A DNA stretch of 64,000 bases from NCBI RefSeq assembly GCF_009914755.1, contig NC_060930.1, one strand, 5' to 3'. The notes beneath the pieces are model-generated. The model ran no database searches, was not told the origin of the DNA, and saw only the letters and a list, made by a program, of their open reading frames with translations. Within the stretch, counting starts at the first letter, position 1, and each line of letters starts with the position of its first letter. The position numbers and the translations under genes are program-made. Of the stretch, positions 12,871 to 25,500 are shown piece by piece. This stretch comes from the human T2T-CHM13v2.0 reference genome, Homo sapiens.

Positions 12871-14499
12871 GAAAGTCTGGTCTTATACTTCTTTGTAAAG
12901 TCACCATAAATATTCTTTAGTGACAGGTAGAGTGAAAATAAACAAAATATTTTCCACATAGTGATAAGTATAATAGATGCCAAATAAATATTTGTTGAGT
13001 TTTAGCTTTGGAGTTTTAGATGAAAAGTGTGAAATGCCTTCATGATATTTTATTTCAGAGCTTAACATATTTCAGTTGTGACCAAATTGAAAAGTCCGAA
13101 CCTTCAAAACTGAAATGCTAGGAAATGATTGCTCATGATCTAGAAGGATTTGTCAAGGGCTTTCTTTAAAAGCCTTCAGCCTCGCGGGGCTCCGTGTGTG
13201 TACACACGCATGTGCGTGTGTTCTGAGGGCTACCAAGAGAAGCAAGGGTTGCAGGGAAGGCTCTAACAACGCCCTTGAAGGGAAAAGTCAATCAGAAACA
13301 AATTGACTACAGCTGTGAGATTCTAATGTATGTCAATGAAGAGATAAGATTCAATCTACAAATATTTGAATTACATGCAAAATGTAAGTCACAAATCTCG
13401 CACCTAAAGTCAGGGTTACCTTCCAATACTCCAGCCTTGTTGTACAAGTCGGGGCTTACACCATCGCAGGGCAGAACTGCTCCCATAATGAGTATAGGAA
13501 ATATTCAACCCACCATTTCTGAATAAATATCAGTGCATAGCACATTTCTAGTCTTTAAAATGTCTAACTGCTTTCTGCATGAGTTCCCATAGTCAAAACA
13601 ACACCCTTCTTCCCTCCTTCCTCCTCAGGTCTCACATTTGTGACTGCTCCCTCAACAGAGTCCCAGGCTTTCTTTTCTGTGTAGATTCTTGCAGAGCTTT
13701 CTTGAAATGGAGCAGCCTCATCAATAGGCCACCCTGCACTGCCAGCTCTGTTAAGTAACCAAGTCTCTGTTGGGCGGAATTTGTGGGTCTGGATTTGTGA
13801 CTATATTCCAGGTGTCTCCTAGTGGCTCTCAACAATCTTTGGTCCATATTTATGGCCCCTTGTTTCTTACCTGCATCTGCAGGACAGGCCGTCTTCTGAG
13901 GAGCTGTCCAAGCTTCCTGAACTTGCCTTGAGGGGCCCTGCAGTCAAGATAATACTCCCTGCAACCCTAGGTTCCATTGTTCCACCAGATGCTCTATGCC
14001 ACTTGCAGCCATCATCACTAGCAATAACCACGGTGATGGAACTTTACATTTCTGCAGGAGTTTACAGCCTGCAAAGGGCTTTCACATACATCGCCTCAGT
14101 GTAGGTGACTGACCATGGTGCTGCCCTGCCCAACAGCCTTCAGTGGTGGCTGGAATTCCAGTCTCCTTCCCGGGGTGTTCATGGCCCCCATCTCCTCGCT
14201 GTGCAGGCCAGCTCTCACCTCTTTGCCGCCTCCCCATCCCACCTCCCACTGCAAGCTCCCGGAACTTCAAACTGCCTGTGGCTCTCAACACACACATCTC
14301 CCTCCTCTCACCCTCCGTATCTCGGCTTTGCCTGTCCTTCAGCCTATGTGGCTTCCCTATCTGCTCTGCTCTTTCTTCCACCCCCAACCCCCCTGCCATG
14401 CTCCTCCCCAGCTGTGCCAGGCCCCCTTCTCAGGGCTCGTAATGTCCTGTGCATATCTCTCTGATGGCCTCTGTGGGTGTGTGGCTTTCTTATTGGGAT

Positions 14500-15300
14500 A
14501 GAATATACCAAACATAAAATTTGCCATTGTAACCATTTTTAAGTGTACAGTTCAGTGGCATTAAGCATGTTCACATTGTTGTGCGACCACCACCACCCAT
14601 CTCCAGACATTTTTCATCTTCCCAAACTAAAGCTCTCTACCCATTTGTATCAGTTTGCTTGGGCTTCCATGGCAAAGTACCAGACTGCGTGGCTTAAACA
14701 ACGGACATTTATTTTCTTACAGTCTGGAGGCTGGAAGTGCAAGATCCAGGCGTTGGCAGGGTTGGCGTCTGGTGAGACCTCTCCTCCTGGCTGTGGCTGG
14801 CCAGCTTCTCCCCGTGTCCTCACATGGCCTTTCTTCTGTGTGCTTATTGAGAGAGGGGGCTCTGGCATCTCTTCCTTTTCTTACAGAGACACCAGTCCCA
14901 TTGGACTGGGGCTTGGCCTTCATTTAACTCTAATTACCTCCCTAAGGCCCAGTCTTCAAATACAGGCACACTGGGGATTAGGGTTTCAACATATGAATTT
15001 CGGGGGGCACAGTTCAGTCTCTAACATCATTGAGGAATAACTAACTCCCACTCTCTCCCCCAGGCCCTGGCAACCACCATTTCACTTTCTGTTTCTATGA
15101 ATTTCACTCCTGTAGGTAGCTTGTATAGGTAGAATCACACAGTGTTTGTCCTTTTGTGACTGGCTTATTTCACTCAGCATCATGTCCTCAAGATTCATCT
15201 GTGTTGTAGCATGCGTCGGAATTTCCCTCCTGTTTAAGGCTGAGTGATATTCCGCTGTCTGCACACACCACATTTTGTTGATCCACACATTCACCAATGA
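14500..15300 (-). mobile_element. L1MB-like 3' end split by an MLT1 insertion
   Basis: AAGTGTACAGTTCAGTGGCATTAAGCATGTTCACATTG; resumes after 15031 (CCCTGGCAACCACCATTTCACTTTCTGTTTCTATGAATTT). Confidence 0.85.
14646..15026 (-). mobile_element. MaLR solo LTR (MLT1A-like)
   Basis: TG...CA termini, GGCTTAAACAACGGACATTTATTTTCTTACAGTCTGGAGGCTGGAAG; 5-bp TSD CCATT/TCATT. Confidence 0.88.
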
Positions 15301-15439
15301 AACCACTGTGTTAGAGAGGTGTTTGTGTCTGTCTCTACTCTGAGGTCGGACCCTTTGTCTAATACTTCTCTGTATCTCACGCACCAAACACCGTGCCTGG
15401 CATGTCATTCTCTTGATAAATGTTGAAGGAACAAATGAG

Positions 15440-15555
15440 TCAATTATTTAACATGCTGACCATCATGACAGCCCTGAGTTAGGCAAGCTTCCCATTCCTA
15501 CTTCCATTTCTCAGATGAGGAACTCAGACTTGGAAACGTAAAGGGACTTTCCATT
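15440..15555 (-). mobile_element. MIR
   Basis: CCATTTCTCAGATGAGGAACTCAGAC core. Confidence 0.55.
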
Positions 15556-15804
15556 TTATCAATTGCCTTTCTCATCCTGCTGGTAATTATGTGAAGCAGA
15601 AATCATCCTGCTGTCTTTGGCCCCCAGACATCATGCCCTATGTTAGACATCAATCATATAGCTTGATTTCTATAAAGGCAACTGGACTTCCTGGGAAAGA
15701 GCTAGTACAGCTCTTACAATGATGCAGAAGTAAAGCCAGGACGTTCTGGGACTGTAGTGAGGAAACCATCAGAGCCCAGAATCCATGATGGTGAAAGATC
15801 CTCA

Positions 15805-16018
15805 CAGTGGTCCTCAACCAAGGGCGATTCAGCCCCCCAGGGGACATTTGGCAATGTCTGCAGACGTTTTTGGTTGTCATGACTTGGGGTTAGGTGGTCC
15901 TGGCATTGACTGGGTGGAGGTCGGGCATGCAGCTGAACACCATACACTGCACAGGACGGCACCCAGAACAAAGACTGGTGTTGCCCAAACGTCAATGATG
16001 CAGAGGTTGAGAAACCTG
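15805..16018 (+). mobile_element. MER20 (hAT-Charlie)
   Basis: CAGTGGTCCTCAACC...CCCCAGGGGACATTTGGCAATGTCTGCAGACG...GAGGTTGAGAAACCTG with TIRs. Confidence 0.9.
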
Positions 16019-16624
16019 GTCCGAAAAGAGTCAGGAATTAAGTGGCCCCAGCAAGGGGAGTGGCAAACAGAGGAGAACGTGGGGCCTCCTTAGGGGAACC
16101 AGTGTGCAGACTTCTGCAAGACCAAGCTGCACTGACCGATGGAGATACTGAATGACTTGCTAACAGCTTTGGCCTAATGATTTTGTGCATCCTGGAGCCC
16201 TGGGGCTTTTTGGAGGCAAATGTTAATGTAATGCTTCAGTTCTGCCTCCAACTTCTATGATACTTACGTGTTGGATTCATAGCTGAAATATAAAAATGAC
16301 ATATATAGACTATGCCAAGCATAGATCTGTGTATGCAAAATAACACCAACTGAAAAAAAGCAGAATGTAAAATGCCATGTGTATGGCATTTTACATGCCA
16401 CTAGTACATCTGTGTCCGATATAAAAGAATGTACATAGACAAAGATCAGAAGAGTTTGAAATAACACAGTTTATATTCAGTTGTAATCTTTGTTAGTTAC
16501 ATTTTAACTTTTAAGGTGTTTTATATAAACATCCACTTGAAGTTTCAAAAATCAGGAGTCTAGCCCTTCTTTCAGAGCCGTACGTACGGTTTGTTGAGAT
16601 TTTCTACTCAGCCAAGCAAGGAAC

Positions 16625-16790
16625 TGAGTGCTTTTTGGACATTGTTACATTACACCCTAAATTACCCAATGAGATAGGCACTGCTGTGCCTGTTTTACAG
16701 ATGAAAAGCCTGAAGCTTTGTGATTAAGTAATTGACCAAGGTCACAAAGCCAGCAAGTGCTGGGGCCGAATGTTCACCAACTGCTCTGTG
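16625..16790 (-). mobile_element. MIR
   Basis: TTTTACAGATGAAAAGCCTGAAGC...AAGTAATTGACCAAGGTCACAAAGCC. Confidence 0.65.
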
Positions 16791-16909
16791 CCTGCTCCAG
16801 AGTGCATGGGACATGCTGTGTGACCAGATTTGGTGATCTCACACCATGGCCAATTTCATCAAAAAGCTACATGGATTTCCCAATCTGAATCACTAAATAA
16901 CTAATTCCC

Positions 16910-17372
16910 TGCATTAGTCAGGGCTCTCCAGAGAAACAGAGCCGATAGGATATGTGTGTGCATTTGTCTGTGCACGCGTGTGTATGAGATTTGCTATGGG
17001 AATTTGCTCGTGCAATTATGGAGGTCAAGAAGTTCCACATCTACCATCTGCAAGCAGAAAGTCAGGGCTGTAATTCAGTTTGAGTCCAAAAGCCTGAGAA
17101 CCAGGAGTGCTAATGTCTGAGGGCAGGAGACGATGAATGTCCCAGCTCAAGCAGAGAGAATGAATTCACCCTTCCTCTGTCTTTTTGTTCTATTCAGTCC
17201 CTCAGTGGATTGGAAGTAGCCTACCTACACTGGTGAAGATGATCTTCTTTACTCAGTCTACTGATTCAAATGTTAATCTCATCTGAAAACACTCTCACCA
17301 GAAGTAATATTTTACCAGCTACCTGCACATCCCTTATCCCAGTCAAGTTGACACATAAAACTAACCACCCCA
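16910..17372 (-). mobile_element. MLT2 (ERVL) solo LTR
   Basis: TTAGTCAGGGCTCTCCAGAGAAACAGAGCCGATAGG...CCAGTCAAGTTGACACATAAAACTAACCA. Confidence 0.88.
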
Positions 17373-17894
17373 CTTCCTGTTTTGCAAATGGGCAGTTATG
17401 AGAATGGTATCGCCAGGCTTTTTCTGTGGTCATAAGTTTTTAGATCTCAGCTTTTGCATAGTAAATATGATAATTTGTCTGTAATGCACTAACATTATGA
17501 CCTAAATTGGGTCTCAATCATTTCAAAAAACCAGAATGAATTCTAAGTGGTATTTATATCAGCGTCCACAAAACAGAAGAAGTAGCTAAATATGTCACCC
17601 CAAAACATGATCTAGTTTTAACTACTAAGCATTCAAACGGTCTATTGCTGTGCCATGTAAAAATGGTTTATTTTTAAAATTTTCAGGCAATGATCACATT
17701 TTACTCCTTTCCTCTTTTTTTTAATTGGTGACCTAATATTTCAGGTTTTTGAAATGTAAATGACACAGTGCTGTCATTTTATAGGACTCTGATTGCAAAG
17801 TTAAGGCTCAAAGGTCATGTATTTTCTGTGATAGGTATATGGCCCTGCAATTTGCCTTCTTTTGAGCCTGGGGAACATTTGGTTTGCCCTGTGG

Positions 17895-18330
17895 TTATTG
17901 CCTCAGGTCAGGGTCCCTGGAAGCAGAGCCTCAGACAGGGATTTTGTGCACAGTGCTTATTGCAGGTGTGCTCTCTCCAGGAAGAACTATAAGCCAGTGA
18001 GGGATGCAGGATAGAGAAGGAAAGGAGCTGAGTAGGGATGTTACTCTTACCCCTAGTGGGGGGCTCTGGAGCACAAACCTCACCCCAGTCTTGTCTTCCA
18101 TTTAGGAAAGGGTGCTACCCTTCCATACCCCCTGCCCATCAGTCAGGCAGCCATGGGTGTGGGCTGATGGCGCCTGTGGGTGGGGACATAGCCTCCCCAC
18201 TGAGGGGTCACCTATGAGCCAAGGACAATTAGTAACTAAACTCACAGCGCCCACGGGACAGAGTGAAGGGAGAATGCGAAGGGGGCATGAGTGCACAAAG
18301 GCAGTGAAGGGGATCAACATAGGGTCAACA
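17895..18330 (-). mobile_element. LTR33/LTR16-like ERVL LTR
   Basis: GGTCCCTGGAAGCAGAGCCTCAGACAGGGATTTTGTGCACAGTGCTTATTG antisense LTR end. Confidence 0.55.
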
Positions 18331-20852
18331 AAAAACACATACTAAAGTTCTCATCTTTCTTTCTACAGTCAAGTTTTTCTAAAGAACACTGTATTATAAA
18401 AGATTCACGTATAGAGCAAAAAATTAATACCTACAGCAAGTGTAACTAGATACCTTTCTTACTAACCTCTCACTGTAATATGTTTTGTTTTTATCTTATT
18501 CCTATTCATAAATATGTATGAGAACATAATTAGGTAGCTTATCTCAATATATAATCCAAATTCATGGTTTCGAGTATCTGGAGGCCTCACTACCATTTTG
18601 ATAACTGCCAATTTGAACTGCCCTAATAGGTAAACCAGATTGGCCTCATCTGGCCCCTTCCCCCATGGTGTTTGGGATCTTTGTCACTCAACAAGGCTGC
18701 AGCTTTTCCTATAAATGCAGTGAAAGAAGGACCTTAGTCTCATCAGGCTTCTCCACCCAGGGTGAAATCCATCTCAGCTGTCTTCATCCATCAGAGGAAG
18801 GTTCCTCCACGCCCAATACATCCTCGTCTGTATCTTTTTAGTTGTAACTTAGTGGAGAAAATCATTCCCCTTGGCCTCTTGCCTCTGACCAAACTAGTAA
18901 GGCCCTTGGAGGAACCAAAGTTTGCCTTTGACAGTGTCCATAGCAACAAGCAGCCTAACAGCCTCTTCTCTGACACCAAGGGCTTTCGGTTAACTGCTGT
19001 TCCAAAAACCTTGCTCTGTATCAGAACATGACTTTTTAAAACACATTTAATTAGAGTTTGACAAGGATTTTATTCAGAGCTATAAAGCAGTTTCACCACA
19101 GTGATTTGTAAATATCTCGATGTGGTTTATGATTATTGTCCTTAATTTACCCCATAATCATCATCATCAGCCTAATGATATGATGAACAATGCAGAGGTC
19201 TGTGTGAAGATTTACGTGTTTAAGATGTAAAAACATTTAGAGAAAGTAATGCTGCATGAAGAATCTTCATGGATACAGATTTGAAAGGTGAATTGGCGTG
19301 TCAAGACCTGAATGATAAATTTGTAGCGGGTTGGTCTGTTTCCCACTTGTGCTGTGATGTGAGTCTTATACAGCATGAAAATGCGGCTGCAATATTTTTT
19401 ATCTACTCTTGAAATGCAGAGCACTTCTTGTCAGGTAATGAGTCTCCATTATCTGTTCTGCCGCTGTAGGACCATTTGCAAATTCCACCTGGACATCATC
19501 CCCTTCTCTCAGATTGTAGCTTAAAATGTACCAATCAAAGATGGCTTATGACTCAGCTATTGGCAACCACTGAGATAAGCCAGGTTGCCCAGCAGAGAGA
19601 AACTTCTGCACTCTCAGGCACTCATTTTGTGGAGCAGCTCATTCACTCGGATGCCCTGTAGTTACTGCTGCCAAATTTGCCCATAGGAGAGGCCATGAAA
19701 TGAAGAGAGGCCAAGGGGTTGATTTCATGTTTAGTAAGTGAGAGTGTTAGCTAATTTGCATCCACTGTGTAAGGGATGGGCCTCCAAATCCTGGAATCCT
19801 TTTCGAGTACTTGTGGGTTCATCAGTCAAATTCACAGTGACGGATGGTGAACATAGCTCAGGGAAAACAGGAGGCGTTTTATAAAGATGAGAGCCTGCCA
19901 GCCAGCCAAGGAGGCTGGATTCCTATCGGGACTCTATCAGTTTCTCTTCAGAGCCAACATTCACACTTGCTGAATGCCTGCACCTAACCAAACAGGAGGT
20001 TAATTCTCCTGTTGGGGTTCGTGAAAGCACAATAGCATGTCCTGTCTAGCAGCCGCCAAGGCAAGGAGAGCCTTTCTCTGGTGGGGAATTGTCTGCAGGG
20101 ACAATGGGTAGCAGCAAGGAGAGATCTTTCCCTCCAAAGCTTGAAAAATGAGCACACAGATGAAATCCAGCATCCTAGGCTGGAAAATCTCCATAGCAAC
20201 ACATTCTGGCTCTAACCCTCTTGGTCCCAAACTTCCAAATCAGACCTTTTCACAGAACCGTGAGGTAGGGGAATGTACATATTACAAAGAGACAGTCTTT
20301 CCCTTTTTCTTTCTCCTCAAATCCCACTACGTGCCCACCCCATCCAAACACACAAGCGTGCACCCCGACAACCACACTCACACGTCTACCCACGGAATTT
20401 TAGGGAGGAAAAACACCTTCCGTGCCTCTATTTCCCAGGGTAGATAGCTTTATCCCAAGAGTCTTCATCTGATGAGGAAAGACAGTCAACAGTAGTCATA
20501 ATTTTAAACACAGTAGCCATTTTACAGTAAAACAGCAAAGTAATTTCCCAAAATAATGGCCCTGGGTATCTTGGAAGAGGAGACTCTATCTCTGTGTTTC
20601 CCCCATCCCTAGTTTCATGAGCAATTAACCCTGTATTTCCATGCTCAGGCAAGTCAAATAACCCTTGCAGAGCTGGTTGAAGGTGCTGGGAGGAGAGGTG
20701 GTCTTGAACTGCATGGTAAGAATGGTCCTGAAGTGCCCAGGGGGGTGAGAGAGTCCAGTCCACCAAAGTAACTAATCTGGGCCAAAGCAGGCAGAACAGT
20801 GCAGCTAGCCTTTCCAGAAGTCAACAGCAGATAAAGGGAGAGACGTCTAGAC

Positions 20853-21030
20853 CACTGGGTCTCAGGCTCAGCATGCATCAGAATCATCTGGAAGGTAAGT
20901 TAAAACACCAGCTGCTGGGTGCTAGCCCCAGAGTTTGTGAATCTGTGGGTTTGTGATGAGGCTGGAGGGTCTATGTTTCTAGAAAGCTCTCAGGTGAAGC
21001 TCATGTGCTGGCCCACAGACCCCTCTCATT
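20853..21030. mobile_element. MER5A (hAT-Charlie)
   Basis: GCATCAGAATCATCTGGAAG...CCCCAGAGTTTGTGAATC...TTTCTAGAAAGCTCTCAGGTGA. Confidence 0.7.
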
Positions 21031-21119
21031 AGTCTCTATGCCTCGCAGTGACCCTCTTGGTCCTCAGGGGCTGCTGAAGTGAGAGGGGTGGGAGAATGAT
21101 GAATGAGCATGCTAATGCA

Positions 21120-21260
21120 AATCACTGTTCACTACTCATGTAATCCTTCAGGCAGTCCTGTAAAATAGGTCTTATTTTTTCCATCTTTCTGATGAGCAAA
21201 GTGGCTTAGAGAGGTTATTTCTCAAGTTCACACACTTAAGTGTCTGTCAGAGTGGATTTA
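21120..21260 (-). mobile_element. MIR
   Basis: TAATCCTTCAGGCAGTCCTGTAAAATAGG...TGATGAGCAAAGTGGCTTAGAGAGGTTA. Confidence 0.55.
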
Positions 21261-21954
21261 ATTGAGCTAGGGGTCCCACGATCAGGTTTTCTATAGCTTC
21301 CAGGTGATGGTAATATGCAGTGTGGGCTGGGAGCCACTGATCTGAGACTTCCACACTCTGAACCAGCTGCCAGAACAAGACACTGTTGACCCCATAATGT
21401 GAGGACACTTCCCCAGGATTTGCAGTGGAATGTGAGGGTTTCCAAAGTCATCTTTTTGAAGAGATTTTTTTTTTTCCACATTCTGGTATTAAAAGAGTTG
21501 TGAGGATAGGAAGACTAGCAGGCAAAGACATTGAGAAAAAGTTGTTTTAAAAACAGAATTTGAATGTCATTCCAGGCTACTGACTTCTTTTGGCCCTCTG
21601 GAAGCATTAGACCTAGTTTCTAGAACAATCACACTTAGGGGCATGAGTGGCCATCCTACCCTACACCCAGGTATAAACTGACCAGTGGCTATGACTCCTC
21701 TCTTTCCCCACTGTACCAGCCATGGTTCCTGCAGGGAATAAATGGCCCACTCTAAGTAAGACAATGGAGGATTGTCCAATAAAGGTGCTACCTGCAAAGC
21801 TGGGGGTGAGTTGGTAAACCACAAGAAATACTGCAGTGCCCAGAAGGAGAGAAAGCAATAGAGGTGACTATTTTGAGAGGAACAATGGCCTTTGGTTAAG
21901 GTTGGCATGAAGCTACCCCACAAGGAAGAAGCCAGCAGAATGAATATCCCACCA

Positions 21955-22156
21955 CCATGGTATGCTGGACAGTGTTTAATCATTGGCCCTCTGGAGAAAA
22001 AAATATTTGTAGCATTTACCCATTTTCTGTGTATTAAATACCATCCCCATGGCTTATTTCAAGCTACCTATGTGAGGTCACCAGATGCAGAATTGACAAT
22101 AGATGTGCACAGTCAACTCTCGTGAGCCACTATGAGCAGGCTCTAGCCCAGCACTG
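21955..22156. mobile_element. MER63-like hAT element
   Basis: CCATGGCTTATTTCAAGCTACC...AGATGTGCACAGTCAACTCTCGTGAGCCAC...CAGCACTG. Confidence 0.65.
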
Positions 22157-23369
22157 CCCCAACTTCATTCATCCCCCTTCACTCCAATCTCCTGCCAGAC
22201 ATCCCCACTGACCACACCCAGCTGGAAGCCAGCGGCAAAGGGAGTCCACTGACAGAGTCCATGGACAGCCTCTCAGTCTGCCAGGACGGGAGACCATTAA
22301 CAAGAAGAGGAGGAGGAGAAGAGCTTTGAAAAAGTGCCCTGGGAGAAGTCATTCAGCCTTTTCCTCCAGGCTCCCTGGCTCTCATGGACCCCCATGTGCC
22401 CACCTCAGCCTTTTCTGGGTTGTGGCATGAAATGCCCGTGTGCTGCCTACATGACCCAAGTGATACTGCCAGGGAGATAAATTTGGCCTAGGCTGAAATT
22501 TGAAAAGCAAGAGGACATCCGCCTGAAGACTTGCACCCCCTGGGCTTTTTTCTTTATTTCATCACATGAAGAGGGGAATAAGTAGAGACGATCTGGTTGT
22601 GGAGAGTCCAGAGGCAGGAAATCCACATTTATTGAACCTCATGTGAGTTAGAAACCTTAACATAGGCCTGGCTCATTTGCTAAGTATTCACTGGGTTCCT
22701 GCTGTGTGCAGGACACTGTGCAAGAGCTGAAACCTGTAAGAGGAAGCAGTGAGTTTGCCAGGACTCCTCCTCTACACTCTTTCCCACTGGTCCTTTGCCA
22801 GTCAGTTCTGCCAGGAAATAGAAACTGCTCTAGGTCTTTCTAACGGAAGGAATCTGATTGAAGGGATTGGTGACAGAGGGATGGGTGAGCTGGGAAGCAC
22901 AGAGGGACGGGTTAGCAGCAGAGGAAGTTGCTACCACCCCTAGACTGGGAAAACAATAGGGGGAGGTGGAATTGCCCGGGTCTGGAAGTTCGCTGGAGGC
23001 TGCTGCACAAAAATGATGTGGCTGCTGCAGAAATGCCATGAGAACCAGAAGGAAAAAGGGAATATTCTGGGTGTCCCTTCTCCCACCCTCTAATCGCTTG
23101 CTTGTTGTTCTAATTGGCTTCACTTATGCAGATGCTGGGAAATGCAGTTCTGTCTGTAACAGAGCAGGCAGAGGGGAGATGGATGGAGCCCAAGCAGGCT
23201 CTCGACCTTGTGGTGCATTTGTGCACTGGAGGTCTCAAGCTAGCAGATCATTTTCTTTGGTTTGGGAGTCCAGGGAAGCAAATTAGTCATAGAGGGATTG
23301 AGTAGTCAGAGCTAGCCCCACCAGCTTAAATTCTAGGTACTTGAGTCATCAGTCTTTTACAGCTGTGTG

Positions 23370-24220
<851 letters not shown>

Positions 24221-24894
24221 CCTGTGTCACTCCTCCACCCTCTTCCTTATAGATCCCGCCTCATCCCCTTCCCTTCCTGCATGTCCCGTCCACCTCCTCT
24301 CCCCAGGCAGGATGGAGACACCAAGAGACCTCCAGATCCCCATCGGGTAAACCCACCGAGTCGGACTCTGATAGTTGACTGTCACATAAGCAGACTGCCT
24401 GATGTACCATGCCCTGTTCTCTAAGCTCTCTGACATATTTAGTGGGTGTTGATGTCTCTGCTTTGATGGAGAGGAAACTGACCCCACTGTGAGTTGTTGG
24501 CTTGTCCAAGGTCACCCAGCACATTAGCAGGAGTTCCAGAATTGGAGCCCAAAGCTCCTGAGTCATGGCCAAGTGACGAGCTCCATTGCACTACGTGGCT
24601 CTTTGTGGCTATAAAAAGATCCATCTCTGGAGAGCACCTCCTCCAAGGCTTGCTGAGATAAGCTAGATGCTGGCCCTGTGTGTGTGCCTTAACCGGGCAG
24701 TGAGCCACCAGTCCCCTGATAGGAAGAGTGACTCTCGTGGGGAGAGGAAGAAAGAGAATGCTTCAAGAAGTCGGAGGAGGCAGCCTTTTACCTTAAATGG
24801 CCCATGCTCAGATCAAGACACGGCACAATTATTGTGTCTATATTGTAGCCTGATCTGCCACAAGTTGAGAAAAATCTCTTTTTCCATAGCATAA

Positions 24895-25047
24895 CTATTT
24901 ATGGCATTTGCCAATTTTCTCCGTGTAAACACTTTTCCTGTGGCCTATTTCAAGGTACAAACAGGAGGTCACTGGACACAGAATCTGGGGGAGATGTGCG
25001 CAATAACAGCTCAGGAGCTGGTCTGAGCAGTCTCCAGCCCACCACGT
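24895..25047. mobile_element. MER63-like fragment
   Basis: Similar to 21955-22156 (GCATTTGCCAATTTTC...TATTTCAAGG...GGAGATGTGCGCAAT). Confidence 0.55.
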
Positions 25048-25309
25048 CCCTAACCTTACTCACCCCACCCCTGCCAATGTCCTCATCTTTAGGCAAGGAT
25101 TATCATACTAATCAAGAGTTCTCCATCTAGAGTTTATCGTGTGTGATACCTAGCTCAGCGAAGTAAGATTCTGATGCCCTCGTGTATGAAATGGGCTTGG
25201 ATATTATCTTTGTTATGTAATGTCACGCCTAGAAATAAACAGGACCTGTCCTTACAGGCACTAAGTGTACCATCACAACATCTGCTGCCCAGTTTTGAGA
25301 TTAAGGGCA

Positions 25310-25500
25310 TGACCCTGCCTGGGTTCAAATCTTCTCTTTGACACTTAACTAGCTGTGTAATCTCAGGCATTTACCTACCTTCTCTGTGACTTAATTTTCC
25401 CATCTAACTAATGGGAATACTGGTAATATGAATCTCATAGGTAGTTATGAAGATTAAATTATTTAGAAGATGTCAAGCACTTAAAATAGTGCCTACTAGC
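25310..25500 (+). mobile_element. MIR
   Basis: CCTGGGTTCAAATC...ACTAGCTGTGTAATCTCAGGCA...CTCATAGGTAGTTATGAAGATTAAAT. Confidence 0.75.
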
